Positions 56,614 through 64,000 of a stretch of DNA of 64,000 bases are shown piece by piece (the stretch's first letter is position 1; each line of letters begins with the position of its first letter). The stretch is from an uncultured Candidatus Rokubacteria bacterium (GTDB lineage: Bacteria > Methylomirabilota > Methylomirabilia > Rokubacteriales > DASRDR01): positions 64,001-128,000 of the forward strand of contig CAWGVS010000006.1 in NCBI GenBank assembly GCA_963826115.1, written 5' to 3'. The position numbers were made by a program, and so were the translations under genes. The notes beneath the pieces are model-generated. The model saw nothing but the letters and a program-made list of their open reading frames with translations. It was not told the origin of the DNA and searched no databases.

Positions 56614-58038
56614 GTGGACGACCGGATCCTCGAGTTCATCGGCGACCTGCGGCGGGCGGAGGTCCGCGTCTCGACCACCGAGGCGCTCGACGCCCTCCGG
56701 GCCGCCGAGGTGCTGGGCCTGGACGACCGGGACGACTTCCGTCACGCGCTGGCCACCACCCTCATCAAGGAGACGCGCGACCTCCCGACGTTCGAGCGGA
56801 TCTTCGACCTCTACTTCTTCGACCTGAAGGGGCTCGGGGCGGAGGCGGCCAAGGCGCTCGGGCGGGAGGATCCCTGGGCGCGCGAGATGCTCCAGCGCCT
56901 CCTCGAGCAGGCGGGCGACGATCTCGACGTCGACCCGCTGGCGGAGATGCTGCTCCTGTCCGACGCGGCGTCGCTCGAGCTCGCGGTGCGGCAGGGCGGG
57001 CGCGGCCAGGGGCTCGAGCGGCTCTTCTACTTCCTCCAGGTCGGGTACTTCACCCGCAAGATCTGGGACCAGTTCCCCTGGCAGGACATCGAGGCGGACC
57101 TCGAAGCCCTCCTCCGCGCCGCGGAAGAGCAGGGCATGGATCCCGGCGCGCTCGCCCGGCTCCGGACGTACATGGAGCTCCGGATGGAGGCCTTCCGCCG
57201 CCTCGTCCGGCAGCACGTCGAGCGGGAGCTGGCGCGCCGCGGGCACGGCCAGGCGGACCGCCTCCGGCGGGACCTCCTCGCCGAGAAGCCGCTCTTCACG
57301 CTGTCGGCCGACGAGGTCGCCCAGATGCAGGCGGTCGTGGCGCGGCTGGCCCGCCGGATCAAGGACGCCCTCGCGCTCCGGCAGCGGCGGGAGGAGAAGG
57401 GGAAGCTCGACATGCACCGCACGCTCCGCGCGAGCCTGCCGTACGGCGGCGTGCCGATCGAGCTCCGGTGGCGCCGGCGGCGCCGCGAGAAGCCGCGCCT
57501 GGTCACGCTGTGCGACGTCTCCGACTCCGTGCGGAACGCCTCGCGGTTCATGCTCCAGCTCGTCTGGAACCTCCAGGAGTGCTTCTCCAAGGTCCAGAGC
57601 TTCGCGTTCGTCTCGGAGATCGCCGAGGTGTCCGAGGCGTTCCGAACGCTGCCGGTGGAGAAGGCCGTCGAGTACGCGCTCGGCCACGCGCCGGTCGACT
57701 ACCACAGCCGCTCGGACTTCGGCTACGCGTTCGCGCGGTTCTGCCGGGAGTCGCTCGACCGGCTCGACCGCAAGACGACCCTCCTGGTCCTGGGCGACGC
57801 GCGCAACAACTACAACGACCCGCAGGCGTGGGCGCTCCGGCAGATGCGCGAGCGCGTGAAGGGCATCATCTGGCTGAACCCCGAGGGCCAGTGGGGCTGG
57901 GGGGTCGGCGACTCGGTGATGCCGCTCTACGCGCCCCACTGCGATCTGGTGCGGGAGTGCCGGACGCTCACGCAGCTGGCGGAGGTCGTGGACGGCCTGG
58001 TCCAGGGCTGGTGGCGCCGTCGCGGCGCCGTGCGGTAG
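56614..58038 (+). CDS. VWA-domain protein (CoxE-like)
   Basis: DVSDS MIDAS, LGDARNN and WLNPE motifs. Confidence 0.9.
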   Translation: MDDRILEFIGDLRRAEVRVSTTEALDALRAAEVLGLDDRDDFRHALATTLIKETRDLPTFERIFDLYFFDLKGLGAEAAKALGREDPWAREMLQRLLEQAGDDLDVDPLAEMLLLSDAASLELAVRQGGRGQGLERLFYFLQVGYFTRKIWDQFPWQDIEADLEALLRAAEEQGMDPGALARLRTYMELRMEAFRRLVRQHVERELARRGHGQADRLRRDLLAEKPLFTLSADEVAQMQAVVARLARRIKDALALRQRREEKGKLDMHRTLRASLPYGGVPIELRWRRRRREKPRLVTLCDVSDSVRNASRFMLQLVWNLQECFSKVQSFAFVSEIAEVSEAFRTLPVEKAVEYALGHAPVDYHSRSDFGYAFARFCRESLDRLDRKTTLLVLGDARNNYNDPQAWALRQMRERVKGIIWLNPEGQWGWGVGDSVMPLYAPHCDLVRECRTLTQLAEVVDGLVQGWWRRRGAVR

Positions 58039-58070
58039 CGGCCCCGCCGCGCGCGGCCGCCGTCGCCCCC

Positions 58071-59180
58071 TCAGCGCAGGACGGCCAGCTTCCGGCGCCC
58101 GATCAGGTCGAAGTCGATCGCCGCGCCGAGCCCGGGGCCCTCCGGGGCGTGGACCCACCCCTGGGCGTCCACCTCGATGTCCGCGCTCAGCCCGTACTTC
58201 TGGGCGCCGGCCGGCAGGAGCACCTCGAAGAACTCGCAGTTCCGGATCGCCATGATCACGTGGAGGTTCGCCACGTTGTTGAGCGAGTTGCCGCCGTGGT
58301 GAACCTCGTAGTTCATGTGGAAGGCCTCGGCGAGATGGGCGGCCTTCACGCACGCGGTGATCCCGCCCTTGACCGCCACGTCACCCCGGAGGAAGTCCGT
58401 CGCGCGCGCCACGAGCCACGGCGCGTAGGCGGTGAAGCCGCCCGGCGAGTACTCGGTGGCCAGGATGGGGATGCGCAGGTGCTGCTTCAGGCGCACGTAG
58501 CCGTAGAGGTCGTCGTCGGCCAGCGGGTCCTCGTACCAGTGATACCCGAGCCCCTCGATGACCTGGCCGACCCGGAGCGCGGTGGGATAGTCGTACGCCC
58601 AGCTGCCGTCGAGCATGACCGTGAAGCCGTCGCCAACGGCGCCACGGACGGCCCGGCAGACGGCGATGTCCGTCTCGGGGTCCGTGGGCGGGTGGATCTT
58701 GTAGGCCGTCCAGCCCCCGGCCTTGAAGCGCGCCGCCTCCTCGCCGTACGCCGCCGGCGAGGGGTGCACGGCCGAGCTCGCGTACGCGCGGACGCGCTCG
58801 CGATAAGAGCCGAGCAGCCGGTGGATCGGCAGGCCCGCAACCTTGCCGCCGAGGTCCCAGAGCGCCACGTCGACGGCGCCGATGGCCCGCGCGGTGGTGG
58901 CGCGGCTCCGCTGCCAGAGGGCGTGGTAGAGCCGCTCGCGGTCGAGCGGATTCTGCCCGAGCACGACGGGCTTCAGGACCTCGATCAGCGAGACGCCGTC
59001 GAGGTGGGCGCCCCGCATCGCCGAGCCCAGGAACGCGTGCCCCTCGAGTCCCTGGTCGGTCGCGAGCGTCAGGAGCCCGAGCTGGCTCTCGCCGCCGAAC
59101 CGGCCGGTGTGGCGGCCGTACGTCGTGGGCGGGATGTCCGGCCACGCGAAGAGGGTCAGGGTCGCGTCGGTGATCTTCAT
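58071..59180 (-). CDS. Mandelate racemase/muconate lactonizing enzyme family protein
   Basis: AVDVALWDLGGK, WYEDP, KGGIT and PEGPGLG motifs. Confidence 0.9.
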   Translation of the reverse strand: MKITDATLTLFAWPDIPPTTYGRHTGRFGGESQLGLLTLATDQGLEGHAFLGSAMRGAHLDGVSLIEVLKPVVLGQNPLDRERLYHALWQRSRATTARAIGAVDVALWDLGGKVAGLPIHRLLGSYRERVRAYASSAVHPSPAAYGEEAARFKAGGWTAYKIHPPTDPETDIAVCRAVRGAVGDGFTVMLDGSWAYDYPTALRVGQVIEGLGYHWYEDPLADDDLYGYVRLKQHLRIPILATEYSPGGFTAYAPWLVARATDFLRGDVAVKGGITACVKAAHLAEAFHMNYEVHHGGNSLNNVANLHVIMAIRNCEFFEVLLPAGAQKYGLSADIEVDAQGWVHAPEGPGLGAAIDFDLIGRRKLAVLR

Positions 59181-59359
59181 CGTGCGCCTCGCGCTCCTTG
59201 CCGCCGGCGGGCGGGCTCGCGGTCGGGCGTCCGACCGGCCCCGGAGGGGACCGGCCGCGCGGGCCGATCCTACCGCGGGTGACCCGATCGCGCGACGCCG
59301 TCCGCTACAATGGAGCCCGCCCGCGTGTGCGGGCGGCGCGGGGGAGGAGTGATGGAGGG

Positions 59360-62017
59360 TTGACGGCGAACGCGTCCGAGTCTCGCCGCCGTCTCCGGCG
59401 GACGCGGATCCTCGCCCTGGCCGCGGGCGGAGTGTTCCTCATCCTCGCGGTGGTGGCCCAGGACGCCTGGCAGCTGTCGCCGCCCGTCCGGCGGCTCGCT
59501 ACGCGCGCGTCGAGCCGTGACCCGCTGGACGACGGCCGGGCGCGTGGCCGCGGGCTCGCCCGCGCGGTGGCGCCGGCGACCACCCCCGTCCTCATCACCG
59601 AGGTCTCGGCGAGCAACCGGGACGTGGTGCTGGACGACGACCTGGCGCCGTCGGACTGGATTGAGCTCTACAACCGCTCGGATCATCCCGTGGCGCTCGA
59701 CGGCTGGCGCCTTGTCGAGAGCGGGCGCCCGCGCCGCGGGTGGGTCTTTCCCGGGATCACGGTCGCGCCCCGCTCCTATCTCGTCGTCTGGGCCTCGGGG
59801 AAGGACCGCGTCGGCGGCGCCGCGAGCCGGCGCGTGAACACGCAGCTCACGCGGCAGGCGCGGCGCTATCACGTCGTGGACGACTTCCACACGCCCCTGC
59901 CGGGCGGGTTCTGGGAGTTGCGCCGGGCGCGCCGCGTCCTCGTGGACGTCACCTTGCCCGACCCCGGCGCGTACACGCTCTGGCTGAAGGCGAGCGCCGA
60001 GGGCGTTGCGGGCACGCTGCGGATCCGGGTCCAGGGAAACCGGGCACAGCGCGTGACGGTGCCGGGCGGCGGCCGTCCCCGCAGCCTGATGGTAGGCGTG
60101 GAGGGGGGCGTGCAGATCGAGGGCGGGGGTGCCCGCACGGTGACGGTGGCCGCGGAGACGGGCATGGTCAACCTGATCTACCTGGCCCTCGCCCGGGCCG
60201 CGCCGCCCGGGGCCGCGCCGGGCGACGACCGTTTCGTTCGCCACGTCCACGCGAGCTTTCGCCTCGGGCACGGCCGTGAAGGGGTGATGCTGGTCGATCC
60301 CACCGGGATCGTCCGGGACGAGGTCCCGGCGCTGGATCACCCGCCCATGCTGACCGTCCAGCGGGAGCCGGACACGCTCGCGTGGCGCGTCGCGCAGGCG
60401 ACGCCGGCCGGGCGGGCCTTCCACCCGGCGCCGGACCTCGCGCGGTACCCGAGCGTCGCGCCGACCTCCCTCGCGGTGTCCGTCACGCCGCCGCCCGGGG
60501 TGGAGGAGCTCCGCTACACCCTGGACGGATCGGTCCCGACGACCGACTCGCCGCGCTTCGAGGGCACGCACCGGATGACGCGGCCCACGGCACTCCGGCT
60601 TCGCGGGTACGCGGGTGGCGTTCCCGTCACGCCGGTGGCGACCCGACAGTTCTGGGTCGGCCCGCCACCGTCCGGGCCCGCCCTCATGCTGGCGCTCGAC
60701 CCACATCTCATCCGCGATCCCGAGGTCGGGATCGAGCCGAACGACCGGTGGCGCCGCCAGCAGGAGCTGCCCGACGATCCGGCCCTGGGACCGCTCCGGC
60801 TCACACGGCGCGGCATCTGGGCCCGGGAGCGGCGGGCGTACATCAAGCCGGCACATCTCCTCGCCTTCGACCCCGAGGGGCTGGTCTTCGACGGCCGGGC
60901 CCGCGTCCGGCGGTTCACGATGGCCGTCGGTCCCGGCCTCGGCCTGCACATCCGCACGCGGGACCCCTTCCGGCCCACGCGCGATGTCTTTGGCCGCGCC
61001 CTCGCGGCGCCCGGTCGGTCGATCCTCGTCGACGAGGACGACCTCAACATCCCCGCCTACGACGTGGTGCGCGCGGCCGGCGGCGTCGCGCCGCTGATCG
61101 CCTGGGGCCAGGTCGCGGTGAACGGCGCGACGCCCGAGCGCCGGGTCCTGATCGAGCCCGTCGACGACGACTTCCTCCAGGCCCGGTGGGGGCACACGCG
61201 GTTCGACCTGATCAAGGGGAAGACCTTCGCCGTGAAGCGGGGTACCCTCGCGACCTACGACGCGCTGGACCACCGCATGGAGCGGGGCCCGGTCACCGCG
61301 GCCGACGTTGCGCCGCTGGTCGATCTCCCGCACCTCACCGCGCTGCACTTCGCGGCGCTGTTCCTCGCCACCGGCCAGCATGACGAGTTCTGGCAGACCA
61401 ACTTCGTGGTTGACCACGACCAGACGCCGCCGCGCATGCACGCGGTCGGCTGGGACCTGGACCACGCCATCGAGGAGGGGCCGCTGCACGACACCTTCGC
61501 CGAGCAGCGTGGGAATGCCCGCACCTTCCAGACCCGGAACTCGTTCCTGGCGGCCCAGCTGATCGTGGCGCTGCTGGACGACGACCCAGACTTCCGGGTC
61601 GGCTACCTGCGCTACGCCGAGCGGATGATGAACCACGTGCTGACCCCGGCGTGGTGGGAGCACGAGCGCCGCGCGGCGAGACCCGCCGATCCCCGCCGCG
61701 CCGAGGAGATCGCGAGATTCTTCCGCGAGCGCCCCGCCGCCCTGTCGGGGTTCCTCGCGGCCGGGCTCGAGCTGCCTCCGCCGCACACGGTCAAGGTGCG
61801 CCTCGAGGGGGCGGGCCAGGTGACGATCGACGGGTACGCCCAGGCCGGGCCGTACGTCGGCCACTACTTTGCGGACGGGACCGTCGAGCTCGCCATCCCG
61901 GCCGAGCAGCGCGCCCGGTTCCGGGGCTTCGTGGTGAACGGGCGGCCGGAAGCGGGGCCGGCGCTGCGGTTGCCGGTCGGCGCGGACCTCGACGTGGTCG
62001 CCCGGTTCGGCGGCTGA
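59360..62017 (+). CDS. Membrane-anchored LTD + Fn3-associated/chitobiase-C + CotH-kinase-like protein
   Basis: TM anchor; ITEV..N...DWIELYN lamin-tail domain; LRYTLDGSVPT; WDLD and FFRERP CotH-like motifs; TTG start. Confidence 0.75.
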   Translation: MTANASESRRRLRRTRILALAAGGVFLILAVVAQDAWQLSPPVRRLATRASSRDPLDDGRARGRGLARAVAPATTPVLITEVSASNRDVVLDDDLAPSDWIELYNRSDHPVALDGWRLVESGRPRRGWVFPGITVAPRSYLVVWASGKDRVGGAASRRVNTQLTRQARRYHVVDDFHTPLPGGFWELRRARRVLVDVTLPDPGAYTLWLKASAEGVAGTLRIRVQGNRAQRVTVPGGGRPRSLMVGVEGGVQIEGGGARTVTVAAETGMVNLIYLALARAAPPGAAPGDDRFVRHVHASFRLGHGREGVMLVDPTGIVRDEVPALDHPPMLTVQREPDTLAWRVAQATPAGRAFHPAPDLARYPSVAPTSLAVSVTPPPGVEELRYTLDGSVPTTDSPRFEGTHRMTRPTALRLRGYAGGVPVTPVATRQFWVGPPPSGPALMLALDPHLIRDPEVGIEPNDRWRRQQELPDDPALGPLRLTRRGIWARERRAYIKPAHLLAFDPEGLVFDGRARVRRFTMAVGPGLGLHIRTRDPFRPTRDVFGRALAAPGRSILVDEDDLNIPAYDVVRAAGGVAPLIAWGQVAVNGATPERRVLIEPVDDDFLQARWGHTRFDLIKGKTFAVKRGTLATYDALDHRMERGPVTAADVAPLVDLPHLTALHFAALFLATGQHDEFWQTNFVVDHDQTPPRMHAVGWDLDHAIEEGPLHDTFAEQRGNARTFQTRNSFLAAQLIVALLDDDPDFRVGYLRYAERMMNHVLTPAWWEHERRAARPADPRRAEEIARFFRERPAALSGFLAAGLELPPPHTVKVRLEGAGQVTIDGYAQAGPYVGHYFADGTVELAIPAEQRARFRGFVVNGRPEAGPALRLPVGADLDVVARFGG

Positions 62018-62060
62018 CCGCGGTCCCGGCGCCCGGACCCCGCCGGGGTCGGACGCTTCG

Positions 62061-62762
62061 CTACACGCCGCCCTGGGGCGTCCGGAGGACCGAGAGCGCG
62101 CTGAGCGGCGTCAGCGCCTCCAGCTCGCTGCGGATCGCGCTCCAGTCGGTCCCCTCGCGGGCGCGGAACGTGTAGTTCAGCGTGGTCAGACCGTCTCGCC
62201 CGTTCAGGTGCTCGAACCGGATCCGCTTCAACCGCCCCGCGAGGATCCCCTCGATCGCGCGCGCGTGCTGCTTGTACGCCGCGTCGGCCATTGTGAGCAT
62301 CAGGAGCCCGCCGCTCCGCCTGAGGCCCGGGATCCGCCGACCCAGCGCGTGCTGGAGGAGCAGCGCGGCCACGACGAGCAGGAGCATCATGGTGAGCACG
62401 AGGTAGCTGTAGGTCGCGCACGCGATGGCCGACGCGATCACCACCATGAGGAAGCCCACTTCCTCCGGCTCCCGGATGGGGACGCGGAAGCGGACGATCG
62501 ACAGGGCGCCCAGGAGACCGAGCGAGAGCGGCAGCGAGAACTGGATCGTGATGAACAGCGTCGTGATCGCCGGGCTGATGAGGAGGAACGATCGGTCGAT
62601 CTGGGACCCGGTCGCGCTCTCCTCGTAGAAGAGGCGATAGAGGACGCGGACCAGCATGGCCACCACCGTGGAGACGACCAGCGCCAGGAGGATGCCCACG
62701 AACGGATCCTCGCCGGCGCTCGGGCGGGCCTGGCTGAGGAAGCGCTCCAGCGCCTGCGGCAT
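62061..62762 (-). CDS. DUF4956 membrane protein
   Basis: LSLGLLGALSIVRFRVPIREP motif; TGATG overlap with the VTC gene. Confidence 0.85.
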   Translation of the reverse strand: MPQALERFLSQARPSAGEDPFVGILLALVVSTVVAMLVRVLYRLFYEESATGSQIDRSFLLISPAITTLFITIQFSLPLSLGLLGALSIVRFRVPIREPEEVGFLMVVIASAIACATYSYLVLTMMLLLVVAALLLQHALGRRIPGLRRSGGLLMLTMADAAYKQHARAIEGILAGRLKRIRFEHLNGRDGLTTLNYTFRAREGTDWSAIRSELEALTPLSALSVLRTPQGGV

Positions 62763-63490
62763 CAGCGTGCGCCTCCCCGCGCGTGATCGAGACAGAGGGC
62801 GTACTTCGACACCGTGCGCTTCCGCGCGTGCCGGACGATGAACGTCGCGAGCGCGGGATGGACCGTCGGCGTGGGGCCCTTCACCTCGACCACGAAGATC
62901 GGCGGCCCGGCGCCGGCCGGCCGTGTCGGGATCCAGCTGGCCACCCACTCCACGCGGAGATCGCGGTCGACCGAGACCCGGGTCTCGTCGTCCGGCCCCC
63001 GGAGGCGCGTGCGCGTGTAGGACAGCCAGCAGGTGGGCCGCCATGCGCTGCCGACGTGCTCTCGGACGACCGGCGCGAGCGCGTCGGGGTCGAGCCCCCC
63101 GAGGGGCGACGGGCCCGCGAGCTCGAGCGCGAGCCGGCGCTTCGTGCCGCGAGACCCTTCTCGCGCCTTGACCTCGAGCCACGCGGTCCAGGGCGCCCCG
63201 CCGGCCGGCACCCCGCCGGGTCTCGCGTACCAGCGCAGCCTGAGCTTGGTCTTCAGGTAGTCTCCGTTCGCCTTCTCGGCGTAGGAGGCGAGGTCCGGGC
63301 TGTCGAAGTACACGGTGTGCACGACGTTCGTCGGGAACGCGTCATCCGGCGCGCACAGCGCCTCGAGCGACGCCGCGGCGAACTGCGCCTCGCGGGCGGG
63401 CCCCATGAACTTCACCTCGTGGCGCGCGAGGGAGACCTGCCACGCCTCGGCCGGGCCGAGCAGCGGCTCGATCAGCGCCAGTCGCGACAT
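62762..63490 (-). CDS. VTC-domain (polyphosphate polymerase-like, CYTH) protein
   Basis: RHEVKF, TVYFDS, KLRLRWY, LEVK, RVSVD, VEVK and SKY motifs. Confidence 0.87.
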   Translation of the reverse strand: MSRLALIEPLLGPAEAWQVSLARHEVKFMGPAREAQFAAASLEALCAPDDAFPTNVVHTVYFDSPDLASYAEKANGDYLKTKLRLRWYARPGGVPAGGAPWTAWLEVKAREGSRGTKRRLALELAGPSPLGGLDPDALAPVVREHVGSAWRPTCWLSYTRTRLRGPDDETRVSVDRDLRVEWVASWIPTRPAGAGPPIFVVEVKGPTPTVHPALATFIVRHARKRTVSKYALCLDHARGGAR

Positions 63491-63532
63491 CGCATCTCTC
63501 GCACGGCGTCAGGCGGTCGTTTTGCCACCGAG

Positions 63533-63561
63533 ACTTTAGAGTATCGGCACAGGGCTGTCAA
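63533..63561 (-). promoter_or_regulatory. Sigma70-like promoter of VTC-DUF4956
   Basis: Minus strand TTGACA-N17-TAAAGT. Confidence 0.65.
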
Positions 63562-63605
63562 ACCGTAGAGCGCCCCGACACGTCGGCCCGACCGGGCCGG
63601 CGGCG

Positions 63606-64000
63606 TCAGACGGCGAGCAAGGTGCCGGTGACGTCGGCTGCCGCGTCGCTCGCGAGGAACAGGATCGCGCGGGCCACCGACTCCGGCGGCACCCAGCCGC
63701 GGCGGTCGGCCGTCGGCATCGCCCGGCGGTTCGCCTCGGTGTCCATCGTGCTCGGCAGGACGGCGTTCACCGTGACCCCGCGGCCGCGGACCTCCTGGGC
63801 GACGGCCAAGGTCAGCGCGATGACGCCGGCCTTCGCCACGGTGTAGGCGACGAAGCCGCCCGCCGGGGGAACGACGGACCGCGACGCGACGTTGACGATG
63901 CGCCCCTGTCCCGCGTCCAGCATCACCGGAAGCACGGCGCGGCAGCCGAGATAGGCGGTGCGGAGGTTCAGGTTCAGCATGGCGTCCCACGCGCGCTCGT
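63606..64000 (-). CDS. Short-chain dehydrogenase/reductase, partial (5' end outside the window)
   Basis: IVNVAS, YTVAK and VNAVLPSTMDT motifs. Confidence 0.85.
   Translation of the reverse strand, partial: ERAWDAMLNLNLRTAYLGCRAVLPVMLDAGQGRIVNVASRSVVPPAGGFVAYTVAKAGVIALTLAVAQEVRGRGVTVNAVLPSTMDTEANRRAMPTADRRGWVPPESVARAILFLASDAAADVTGTLLAV

Noticed and set aside
55664-58038. CO dehydrogenase locus
   Set aside because: Only a generic MoxR/VWA pair; no coxLMS genes in the window

Overview
GC-rich bacterial chromosomal window. The gene content and style resemble Candidatus Rokubacteria/Methylomirabilota, which is an inference. Most of it is metabolic or housekeeping: Liv and Opp-type ABC systems, a ThDP/2-hydroxyacid catabolic island, plant-type thrC-metB, a complete tolQRAB-pal-cpoB operon, lgt, thyX, a MoxR/VWA pair and a VTC-DUF4956-CotH module. 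No rRNA, tRNA, CRISPR array or transposase was recognised. The stand-out is a minus-strand lasso-peptide-type RiPP cluster at about 46.3-51.8 kb (RRE/B1, B2 protease, macrolactam synthetase C, HPr-kinase-like kinase). Its three tandem precursors are 164-176 aa proteins rather than short peptides. Each has a textbook lasso leader (Y-17, P-14, L-12, G-8, T-2), a variable Gly1-Asp8/9 ring segment and a C-terminal Peptidase_S74 intramolecular-chaperone/autoprotease domain. The predicted ring-closing Asp is the Asp of the S74 'SDxxxK' self-cleavage motif. Start codons given below were chosen by eye, and family assignments come from motif recognition, not database searches.
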